Part shown: piece by piece, positions 19,531 through 26,058 of the stretch
Layout: the number at the start of each line of letters is the position of its first letter
Numbering within the stretch: position 1 is the first letter of the stretch
Origin: a virus
Taxonomy: Duplodnaviria; Heunggongvirae; Uroviricota; Caudoviricetes
Length of the DNA stretch: 64,000 nucleotides
Virus record (IMG/VR): IMGVR_UViG_3300025530_000411
Reading direction: 5' to 3' (one strand)
Translations under genes and position numbers: made by a program
The notes under the pieces: model-generated
Seen by the model: only the letters and a program-made list of their open reading frames with translations
Databases searched by the model: none
Told to the model about the DNA's origin: nothing

Positions 19531-19937
19531 TACGGTGGTTGTGGTGGAATGGCAGACACGCCAGATTGTGGATTTGGTGTCCGAAAGGACGTGAGGGTTT
19601 GAGTCCCTCCAATCACCCCATTACATATGTGCTGGCTTAGTTCAGATGGTAGAACATCCGCAGAGAACCTATTTTGGACTTCCAAATTCGCACCGGCATC
19701 CCGCAGGATTTCATAGGATTTTACATCTCCTGCTTGTGCTGCAAAGTGGAGTGCCGTATTACCGTAGTAATATTCGACTTCTTCTGTATCCGCTCCGAGG
19801 TCGAGGAGCAAACGGAGTACATCGTGTTTCCCTTCAGACGCAGCATACATCAACGGTGTGATTCCACGCAACACGGGAATACATCGGGATTGATGTTCAC
19901 GCCGTTTGCGTGGAGTTTCTCGATTTTTCCACGTCAC
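19512..19937 (-). CDS. ankyrin-repeat protein (apparently frameshifted at its 5' end)
   Basis: Ankyrin repeats are present (GITPLMYAASEGKHDVLRLLLDLGADTEE...GNTALHFAAQAGDVKSYEILRDAGANLEV). An ATG with a conserved SD (TGTAAGGGAGTGT) at 19989 opens a different frame that encodes an ankyrin-like N-cap and then stops. The 3' end of the ORF overlaps tRNA-His on the opposite strand. Confidence 0.45.
   Translation of the reverse strand: MTWKNRETPRKRREHQSRCIPVLRGITPLMYAASEGKHDVLRLLLDLGADTEEVEYYYGNTALHFAAQAGDVKSYEILRDAGANLEVQNRFSADVLPSELSQHICNGVIGGTQTLTSFRTPNPQSGVSAIPPQPPYQKSLS
19534..19620 (+). tRNA. tRNA-His (GTG)-like with 8-bp acceptor (G-1:C73) and an unusual long variable arm
   Basis: G-1 is present, the acceptor is GTGGTTG/CAATCAC, and C73 is followed by CCA. 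The anticodon stem is CCAGA/TTTGG with loop TTGTGGA, and the T-arm is GAGGG-TTTGAGT-CCCTC. A GTCC-GAAA-GGAC hairpin sits in the variable region. Confidence 0.5.
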
Positions 19938-20111
19938 TTTGGGCTACAGCTTCGGCGAGTTCTTCATGTTCCTGGTACATTTCAAACATTCACAACACTC
20001 CCTTACATAAATGCAGCATATATCAATTGTGACATTCGAAACTGCATTTGGTCAATAATTAAACATGTGCTTCACAAGAAATCCATCCGCATGTATATCT
20101 ATACCCATATA

Positions 20112-20141
20112 TTGACTATGCATGCGCATCTGTGATAAAAT
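20112..20141 (+). promoter_or_regulatory. promoter TTGACTATGCAT...TGTGATAAAAT upstream of the tRNA array
   Basis: Nearly identical to the promoter at 33051-33080 and similar to the one at 10095-10124. Confidence 0.45.
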
Positions 20142-20161
20142 AATGAATAGATCTGACATTT

Positions 20162-20237
20162 GGGCCGAAAGCTAATCTAGTGAAAGCGCCCGCCTGAAAA
20201 GCGGGAGAGTCTGGGGCGGAACCAGATCGGCCCACCA
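20162..20237 (+). tRNA. tRNA-Phe (GAA)-like with non-canonical T-loop and weak D-stem
   Basis: Acceptor GGGCCGA/TCGGCCC followed by A-CCA. The anticodon stem is CCCGC/GCGGG with loop CTGAAAA. The T-stem is TCTGG/CCAGA, but the T-loop reads GGCGGAA and lacks the TTC motif. Confidence 0.5.
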
Positions 20238-20251
20238 TAAACGATACGATT

Positions 20252-20400
20252 CATCGGATGTACAGTGAAGGTAAAAGGCTATGCGCAAGCCCGGTGAGGG
20301 GGAGAGAGAAACCAACAGTCTGCAGGGATTCTAGATTAACTGCAGTGCGGGAGTAACGCCCTACAATGAATAGCTCACCACCTTCACTGTACATCCGATG
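20252..20400 (+). repeat. 149-nt element bounded by a perfect 21-bp inverted repeat (CATCGGATGTACAGTGAAGGT)
   Basis: The arms lie at 20252-20272 and 20380-20400 and enclose 107 nt. The enclosed sequence has its own nested helices (GGTGAG/CTCACC and CTGCAG...CTGCAG). The element sits between two tRNA-like genes. Confidence 0.6.
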
Positions 20401-20409
20401 TAGATGCAT

Positions 20410-20484
20410 TGTCCAGAAGCTTTGATAGGTGAAGCTGACCCCATGCACGCGGGGCGAAGGTGAGTTCAAGTCTCCCCTGGACAG
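20410..20484 (+). tRNA. tRNA-like gene with defective anticodon arm (anticodon undetermined)
   Basis: Perfect 7-bp acceptor TGTCCAG/CTGGACA, D-arm GCTT-TGATAGGTG-AAGC and T-arm GTGAG-TTCAAGT-CTCCC. The anticodon region is a 4-bp CCCC/GGGG stem with an 8-nt loop, ATGCACGC. The 3' end reads G-CCC rather than CCA. Confidence 0.35.
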
Positions 20485-20496
20485 CCCTCAAGTTAT

Positions 20497-20574
20497 AGGG
20501 GTATGGAGTCGATTTGGTAAGACGCCCGACTGTTAATCGGGAGCATGCAGGTTCGAATCCTGCTACCCCTGCCA
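20497..20574 (+). tRNA. tRNA-Asn (GTT), CCA encoded
   Basis: Acceptor AGGGGTA/TACCCCT, anticodon stem CCCGA/TCGGG with loop CTGTTAA, T-arm GCAGG-TTCGAAT-CCTGC and G-CCA. Confidence 0.85.
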
Positions 20575-20575
20575 T

Positions 20576-20649
20576 GGGTCCGTAGTGTAACGGTAGCACA
20601 GCACCCTTTTAAGGTGTCAGTTCAGGTTCGAATCCTGGGGGACCCACCA
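20576..20649 (+). tRNA. tRNA-Lys (TTT), CCA encoded
   Basis: D-arm GTGT-AACGGTA-GCAC, anticodon stem GCACC/GGTGT with loop CTTTTAA, T-arm TCAGG-TTCGAAT-CCTGG. The acceptor has a G7:G66 mismatch. Confidence 0.75.
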
Positions 20650-20662
20650 GAAAATACAACGT

Positions 20663-20738
20663 GGCGGGTTAGGCAAGAGGCTAAGCCGCAGGACTTTCAA
20701 TCCTGTATCGGAGGGTTCGATTCCCCCACCCGTCACCA
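20663..20738 (+). tRNA. tRNA-Glu (TTC), CCA encoded
   Basis: Acceptor GGCGGGT/ACCCGTC, anticodon stem CAGGA/TCCTG with loop CTTTCAA, T-arm GAGGG-TTCGATT-CCCCC and A-CCA. Confidence 0.8.
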
Positions 20739-20761
20739 TAAACAGTTTTACAGACCGGTAT

Positions 20762-20845
20762 GGGGCGGCGTCACGCAAGTTCGATTCCCGCTCGCGAAGA
20801 GAATGGGTGACGTCGTCGGTGGTTCGAATCCGCCCCAGCCTGCCA
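20762..20845 (+). pseudogene. degenerate tRNA-like element
   Basis: A canonical 3' part is present (T-arm GGTGG-TTCGAAT-CCGCC, then CCAGCCT-G-CCA), but no matching 5' acceptor strand or standard D and anticodon arms can be found. An internal second TTCGATT T-loop-like motif also occurs. Confidence 0.3.
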
Positions 20846-20846
20846 T

Positions 20847-20930
20847 AAGGGTGAGAGGCTCAAAGGCGAAAGGTAAGCCGCGGGGCTCCAAATCCCGTGC
20901 CAAGAGGTTCGATTCCTTCCACCCTTGCCA
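20847..20930 (+). tRNA. tRNA-Trp (CCA) with enlarged D-loop, CCA encoded
   Basis: Acceptor AAGGGTG/CACCCTT, D-stem GGCT/AGCC with a 15-nt loop, anticodon stem CGGGG/TCCCG with loop CTCCAAA, and T-arm AGAGG-TTCGATT-CCTTC. Confidence 0.7.
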
Positions 20931-20931
20931 T

Positions 20932-21006
20932 GCGGAATTAGTTTAGTCGGTAAAACGACGGCTTTCCAAGCCGTAGTGACGAGTTCGAATCTCGTATTCC
21001 GTTCCA
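20932..21006 (+). tRNA. tRNA-Gly (TCC), CCA encoded
   Basis: D-stem GTTT/AAAC, anticodon stem ACGGC/GCCGT with loop TTTCCAA, T-arm ACGAG-TTCGAAT-CTCGT. The acceptor is GCGGAAT/ATTCCGT with a G1:T72 wobble. Confidence 0.8.
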
Positions 21007-21012
21007 TTTCGC

Positions 21013-21086
21013 ATTCGCTCAACAGATATTCGCTCAACCACATTCGTTCAACTTATATTCGCTCAACCTATATCCGCTCAACTTCC
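21013..21086 (+). repeat. tandem direct repeat, 5 x ~15 bp (ATTCGCTCAACnnnn)
   Basis: The five units are ATTCGCTCAACAGAT, ATTCGCTCAACCAC, ATTCGTTCAACTTAT, ATTCGCTCAACCTAT and ATCCGCTCAACTTCC. They sit between tRNA-Gly and tRNA-Cys. There are no spacer-like unique segments, so this is not a CRISPR array. Confidence 0.7.
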
Positions 21087-21096
21087 TTTCTACTAC

Positions 21097-21182
21097 GCAG
21101 GTGTAGCGAAGAGGTCAAACGCGGCGGATTGCAAATCCGCTCCTGCAAAGGTTCGTAGGTTCGAATCCTACCACCTGCTCCA
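21097..21182 (+). tRNA. tRNA-Cys (GCA) with atypical long variable arm, U73, CCA encoded
   Basis: Acceptor GCAGGTG/CACCTGC followed by T-CCA. The anticodon stem is GCGGA/TCCGC with loop TTGCAAA. A CCT-GCAA-AGG hairpin sits in the variable region. The T-arm is GTAGG-TTCGAAT-CCTAC. Confidence 0.6.
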
Positions 21183-21186
21183 TTTG

Positions 21187-21263
21187 TAGCTGGCGGGAGG
21201 TCGGTATCTCACGAGGGTTCATAACCCTTGGCAACTCGGTTCGACTCCGAGGCGCAGCAACCA
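21187..21263 (+). tRNA. tRNA with CAT anticodon (Met/fMet/Ile2), acceptor stem irregular
   Basis: Anticodon stem GAGGG/CCCTT with loop TTCATAA, and T-arm CTCGG-TTCGACT-CCGAG followed by ...CAACCA. The 5' acceptor strand (GCTGGCG) pairs only partly with the 3' strand (GCGCAGC). Confidence 0.5.
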
Positions 21264-21272
21264 AATCTACGC

Positions 21273-21347
21273 GGTTCTTTCGTTCAGTGGTTAGGACGCT
21301 GCCCTGTCACGGCAGAGACGGGGGTTCGATTCCCCCAAGAACCGCCA
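21273..21347 (+). tRNA. tRNA-Asp (GTC), CCA encoded
   Basis: Acceptor GGTTCTT/AAGAACC followed by G-CCA, anticodon stem CTGCC/GGCAG with loop CTGTCAC, and T-arm GGGGG-TTCGATT-CCCCC. It closely resembles the bacterial tRNA-Asp. Confidence 0.85.
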
Positions 21348-21352
21348 TACAT

Positions 21353-21426
21353 CGGAATTGGTATAATGGTCAGCACACGGGGATTTGATTCCCGTAGTTT
21401 GGGTTCGAATCCCAAGCCCCCCGCCA
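21353..21426 (+). pseudogene. tRNA-Gln (TTG)-like gene lacking a complementary 5' acceptor strand
   Basis: The anticodon stem CGGGG/TCCCG with loop ATTTGAT, the T-arm TTGGG-TTCGAAT-CCCAA and the GCCCCCC-G-CCA tail are all present. The 5' region (CGGAATTGGTATAATGG) instead carries an extended -10 promoter element and cannot pair with the 3' acceptor. Confidence 0.4.
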
Positions 21427-21469
21427 AATATGCTACTCTCTTCCAGGGACGGACACCATGTTCCGTCCC

Positions 21470-21840
21470 TGATGCATATGCGGTCATTTCAATCGATTCG
21501 GGAGACGGGTATTCATGGGATACAGGTATCCCTTGTACAATTGGTAGGAGATTTTGTATGTGCAGATGTAGTATGTAGCGGAAATCCGAGAGTGCTCGAA
21601 TTTTGGGGCGTGGATACCAAGACAGGTGAAGTTCTGTTATCATTCAGTCTATTCCCCAAAGGAACAAACCAACATTGGGAAATTTTGGCTGTCGTACATG
21701 CGTTGCAATATTTTCTGACGAAAATCATCTATACAGATTCGGTGATAGTTCTTGCTTGGGTGAAGAACAAGAAGATTTCCACAGACTTGGTGCGCGATGA
21801 TTCGACGGAAGAACTGTGGCAAAAACTGAAATGGTTGTGA
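21470..21840 (+). CDS. RNase H-like protein (divergent)
   Basis: Two motifs resemble RNase HI: NQHWEILAVVHALQY and IIYTDSVIVLAWV (the TDS motif). An upstream CSGNP resembles the Gly-rich loop. The protein ends short of the C-terminal catalytic residues. I chose a start after the tRNA-like element, at the ATG just past the hairpin at 21440-21466. Confidence 0.4.
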
Positions 21841-22049
21841 CACAATTCTTGCACCAATCGGGTTCTTAAATGGAATACGCACAAGCACGGCGACATCAAG
21901 GCAGACTATAACAGGAAATAATATGCACATGGTCTTCCAAACAAAGTGTGAAGAGAATATCTTCAAACACCGCAGAATTGACACGAAATGCAACTTTCTG
22001 GCATAATGGTGGTGTACAGTCGTATACCAATGTATAGGAGGGTATTTTT

Positions 22050-22316
22050 GTGAGTCACTTCATCGACCAACAAGAACAACAGACCAAGCAAGCGACGCCG
22101 GTCATGTCCGTGGGCAGTTGGCTGGTCGTCTTTTTGGTGACGGCCATCCCATTCGTCAATCTGATCATGCTGATTATTTGGGCTTTCGACAAGGAAAATC
22201 CGAACCGTGCGAACTACGCAAAGGCAACGCTCATCTTCATCGTCATTGCTTCCATTTTCGCATTTTTCTTGGGAATGTCCTTCATTTCGCTCCTCATGTC
22301 GGCGTACAGCGCATAG
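22050..22316 (+). CDS. small membrane protein (2 TM)
   Basis: A GTG start with a TAGGAGGG SD; the product is hydrophobic. Confidence 0.5.
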   Translation: MSHFIDQQEQQTKQATPVMSVGSWLVVFLVTAIPFVNLIMLIIWAFDKENPNRANYAKATLIFIVIASIFAFFLGMSFISLLMSAYSA

Positions 22317-22559
22317 CATGTAGGAAATACTATTTGGACCACATGCCAAAATGGTATGTGGTCTTTTTTATTGTGACATTTTGTTTTCACAAATTACGCA
22401 TTTTATGAAACACATCAAACCGTTTGTGTGTCCATATTCATGAATTTTCTGTGCAATCTATATCTTTTTCCTTTTGTGCGTTGCAGCATGATCACGTCTA
22501 CCAATATATAAATAATTTTAAAGACTGCAAGCGTTTTGCACTTGCAGTCTTTCTTTACT

Positions 22560-23026
22560 TCATACGCCTTCCCTGTCTTTGATCGACCCAAGATCCATCC
22601 GCAACATGTTGTAGATCATCTGTGGCGCATACCGGTCGAAACCGTATTTGTAGCAGATTGCCAAGATGAGTGCTTCGTCGAAGTTCGTGCAACTTTCATG
22701 CAGTGCTTTGCCAAATACCACCGGATAGTACAAAATTTCATTGTTGCCGCCGACACGGGACTCCGCTTCAATGATTGCAATGTCGTCGCTGACGATCGTG
22801 CAATTGATCACTCGGCGGTAGTCCTTTTCGACGAGTTTTTCGATTTCGGATTCCTTCTGCCGTCGGATTTGGTATTCCCTCGCCATGTTGTAGATTTGGG
22901 CCCGTTGAAACCGCCAATTTTCTTTCTTCGGTAGTTCTTCATCGAAAAACTTGTCGATTTCGGTAACGGATTTCAGATCTTTCAGCATATGTACACGCTC
23001 CTCGTTCTCACTTTTCATTTTGTTCA
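22560..23026 (-). CDS. hypothetical protein
   Basis: ORF-track entry shortened to start at MNKMKSENEE, which has a GAGGA SD. Confidence 0.45.
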
Positions 23027-23156
23027 TAGTCCTCGCTAAAAAGTATACCACACATTTGTGCCCCTTGTCAACCGACTTGCTTGATATCAAATATTGACGG
23101 TGGTATACGTCCATGGTACAATTACACTAGAAGAATGTGTAAGGAGTGTCGTGCGT

Positions 23157-23819
23157 ATGGATGTGGGTATGCGTGTGTATCATGCTGTACGGAATGGGGA
23201 TATTTTGCAAATCGAACTGTTGATCAGAGAGTATGGCATCAGTAACAAACAGCACTATTTTTCGGTCATCGAAATGGTTGCAAAAGACATGCCAGACTAT
23301 ATTGATTTTCTTCTCGAAACAAGAGCAGCAATGTTTCGAAAGGAAGACAAGATAGACGCATTGGTTGCAGCTGTTGACTACAACCGCTTAGGACTTCTGC
23401 AAAAAATACTGGATGTCTTCCCCGACATCGATCTCAATGCGCACATCAAAGGAAAGTCTACGGCATTGGCCAGGGCGATACAGAATAATGCCGTAGATGT
23501 TACAAAATTCCTTTTGGAGAGAGACGACATCGATGTTGACCGTCGCTACTATCGGTATCGGACGTCCCTCATGTTGGCGTTGGAAAGGGGAAGACCAGAC
23601 ATTGCAGAAATAATCGTCGAACGTACCAAGAACGTAAACGCCGCAGACGAAAATTGGAACACAGCACTGCATATCGCTTGTAAGAAAGTCTTGTTGCCGA
23701 TGGCCGAAAAACTGCTTCAAAAGGGGGCCGAAATCCGGCGCAACGGAAGAGGAAAATTCCCTATCGATCTCGTTCCGAAAAAATTTAAGGCTGAATTTGC
23801 ACCACTGTTTTCCAAATGA
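23157..23819 (+). CDS. ankyrin-repeat protein
   Basis: The start is TGTAAGGAGTGT-N10-ATG. Ankyrin repeats are present (LGLLQKILDVFPDIDLNAHIKGKSTALARAIQNNAVDVTKFLLERDDIDVD ... ENWNTALHIACKKVLLPMAEKLLQKGAEI). Confidence 0.7.
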   Translation: MDVGMRVYHAVRNGDILQIELLIREYGISNKQHYFSVIEMVAKDMPDYIDFLLETRAAMFRKEDKIDALVAAVDYNRLGLLQKILDVFPDIDLNAHIKGKSTALARAIQNNAVDVTKFLLERDDIDVDRRYYRYRTSLMLALERGRPDIAEIIVERTKNVNAADENWNTALHIACKKVLLPMAEKLLQKGAEIRRNGRGKFPIDLVPKKFKAEFAPLFSK

Positions 23820-23903
23820 GGAGATGCGATTCGCATCTCCTCATTTCATTTTTATTGACAAAGGCGTTTATTTGATGGTATCATGGAAACGTGAAAAAAC
23901 GGG

Positions 23904-24935
23904 GTGAAAGTATTGGATGCACAAGATATCTTGTCGATGAAAAGTCCGGGCGATTTGTTCAGTCCGGATGTCGCCACGATGAAAACGGAGTACAAGAGGT
24001 TGGCAAAAATTTGGCATCCTGACGTACATGACGATCCCGACCTTGCATCCCGCGTGATGAGCAAGATCAACGAACTCTACGGCGAAGGGATGAGGCTCCT
24101 CCAAGAAGGAAGGTGGACAAAGTCCAATTTTGTGCAGTTCCGTTCTTTGGACGGCAAGCTGCACAACATTAGCTATCTGGCGGAAATCCCCTTCGAACTC
24201 GGCAAATGTTACATATGCAACAGCCTAATCGTGTATGTCGTGAAGTCAGAACACAGGCAGTTCTTCGACAACTGTGCAACACGTGTTGAAAATCTCAAAT
24301 TCGCCGATCGGAACATGGAATCTGAATTCAGACGGTTCCTGCCGAAGTTTGTTGGCAAATTTGAGACTTCCGAAGAACTTGCCGTGGTCATGGCAAAGCC
24401 GTCCGACTTCTTGTCGCTCAGACACGTGTTGGAGCATTTCGGAGGAAAACTGCCGGACCGTCACGTGGCGTGGATTCTGAGTTCGCTGTACAACCTTGCG
24501 TGCTTTCTGCAGTTCAACGGTATCGTGCACAACGGCATAACGATCGACAGCTACTTCATTTCGCCCGCACAACACAACGGCATGCTTCTTGGCGGTTGGT
24601 GGTACAGTACGCCTGTGGGCGAAAGGATGTTGGGCATTCCCAAGGACGTGTTCGACATCCTCACGTTCCGAACCAAATCTGACAAGACGTCCGTCCATGC
24701 TACAGATCTCAATTGCATAAGACAGCTTGGAAGGCAACTTCTCGGAGATATTTCCGGTCGGACTCTGAAAAATAGGACGGACATTCCCCGGCCGATTCTT
24801 GATTGGGTGCTCGGCGCATCCACGAATGAACCGATGGAAGAATACGTCGCTTGGGAAAAAACGCTCGATGCAGGATACGGCAAACGGAAATTCGTCCACA
24901 TGAACGTGTCCGCTGCCGATCTGTATAAAAAATGA
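23904..24935 (+). CDS. J-domain (DnaJ-like) protein with a C-terminal kinase-like/pseudokinase-like domain
   Basis: The N-terminal J-domain has an HPD motif (MKTEYKRLAKIWHPDVHDDPDLASRVMSKINELYGEG). In the C-terminal region, ELAVVMAK resembles a kinase beta3 lysine and GIVHNGITIDSYF resembles a catalytic loop, but without the HRD motif. Confidence 0.55.
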   Translation: MKVLDAQDILSMKSPGDLFSPDVATMKTEYKRLAKIWHPDVHDDPDLASRVMSKINELYGEGMRLLQEGRWTKSNFVQFRSLDGKLHNISYLAEIPFELGKCYICNSLIVYVVKSEHRQFFDNCATRVENLKFADRNMESEFRRFLPKFVGKFETSEELAVVMAKPSDFLSLRHVLEHFGGKLPDRHVAWILSSLYNLACFLQFNGIVHNGITIDSYFISPAQHNGMLLGGWWYSTPVGERMLGIPKDVFDILTFRTKSDKTSVHATDLNCIRQLGRQLLGDISGRTLKNRTDIPRPILDWVLGASTNEPMEEYVAWEKTLDAGYGKRKFVHMNVSAADLYKK

Positions 24936-24961
24936 AATTTTATGAAAGTGAGGAAACGATT

Positions 24962-25879
24962 ATGGGAAGCGGAAGATGGGACCCCCGACAGTGGGCAAGG
25001 TACAGTCAGGCTCACATCCACAACAAGAGTGCCACGAAAGGAATAGGTGGTATTTACACGTCAACGTCGCTCAAGGATTTGCTGAATCCGTACAAGGCCA
25101 TCCGCGAATCCTGCGACTCGGCGGACAATCCGAATTCTACGCCGATTATCATCGGCCTTGACGTTACTGGGTCGATGACTCGCGTACTCGATGCCATGGC
25201 ACGGCAGGGTCTGCCGACGTTGGCAGAAGAAATCTACAACCGCAAGCCCGTGTCCGACCCGCACATCATGTTCATGGGAATCGGCGATGCTTTCTGCGAC
25301 CGCGCGCCGCTCCAAATCACCCAATTCGAAGCGGACATCCGCATTGCGGAGCAACTGACGGATCTCTGGCTCGAAGAAGGCGGTGGCGGCAACGGTTCGG
25401 AAGGATACGCTCTGGCGTGGTATTTCGCCGCCTACCATACGAAGTGCGATGCCATCAACAAACGTGGCAAAAAGGGCTATCTCTTCACCGTGGGAGACGA
25501 CGGCCCGACGCCGTTCATCACCAAGGAACAGATCAAACATATCTTCGGTGACGACGTCTCGGAGGACATTGATGCCAAGGTGCTTCTGCAGGTGGTATCC
25601 CGCGATTGGGAAGTGTTCCATCTGACCGTGGAAGAAGGACATACGGCAAGCGAAGCCGTCAAAAACAGGTGGAAACAGCTTCTCGGCGAACGTGCCGTCA
25701 CTCTTGCCGACCATACGAAGATGGGAGAAGTCATCGTTTCTCTCCTGCAGGTATTGGCCGGAGTGGACAAGGACACGGTGGCGAACAGTTGGGACGGTTC
25801 CACGGCAATTGTCGTACGGCAAGCGATCTCCGACCTGACCACACCGAACGGCGGTTCTGGCGGCCTTGTCAAATTCTGA
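24962..25879 (+). CDS. vWA-domain protein (TerY-like?)
   Basis: MIDAS motif IIIGLDVTGSMT. The start was chosen at the ATG preceded by a GTGAGGAAA SD. The ORF-track version overlaps the upstream gene by an ATGA. Confidence 0.6.
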   Translation: MGSGRWDPRQWARYSQAHIHNKSATKGIGGIYTSTSLKDLLNPYKAIRESCDSADNPNSTPIIIGLDVTGSMTRVLDAMARQGLPTLAEEIYNRKPVSDPHIMFMGIGDAFCDRAPLQITQFEADIRIAEQLTDLWLEEGGGGNGSEGYALAWYFAAYHTKCDAINKRGKKGYLFTVGDDGPTPFITKEQIKHIFGDDVSEDIDAKVLLQVVSRDWEVFHLTVEEGHTASEAVKNRWKQLLGERAVTLADHTKMGEVIVSLLQVLAGVDKDTVANSWDGSTAIVVRQAISDLTTPNGGSGGLVKF

Positions 25880-26006
25880 TTCTCGAAGGCAGCAAAGGGA
25901 GATGTCCATCGGGACATCCCCTATTTTATGTACGCAATTTCAAGCAATCTCTCCCATCCGCCAAATACGTAGTATTAGTCACTTTCCCTTGTCCGAAAGA
26001 CTTCTC

Positions 26007-26036
26007 TTGACGGTTCCAACAATCGGGTGGTATAAT
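26007..26036 (+). promoter_or_regulatory. sigma-A-type promoter with extended -10 (TTGACG-N18-TGgTATAAT)
   Basis: Lies directly upstream of the PurA-like gene. Confidence 0.5.
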
Positions 26037-26058
26037 GGACTATATGGGAGGGATTCTT

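Noticed and set aside
19630-19705. Possible additional tRNA after tRNA-His, suggested by a D-arm-like TAGTTCAGATGGTAGAAC.
   Set aside because: No anticodon stem, T-arm or acceptor pairing can be built. It is probably a 5' tRNA fragment lying inside the ankyrin ORF region.
20238-20496. tmRNA (ssrA), suggested by tRNA-like ends, a structured core and the location in the tRNA cluster.
   Set aside because: No tag reading frame ending in ...LAA-stop in any frame. There is no GGGG...ACCA tRNA-like domain pairing the 5' and 3' ends. The tRNA-like part at 20410-20484 folds as an ordinary, if defective, cloverleaf.
21013-21086. CRISPR array.
   Set aside because: The 15-bp units are contiguous with no unique spacers, the repeat is too short, and no cas genes are nearby.
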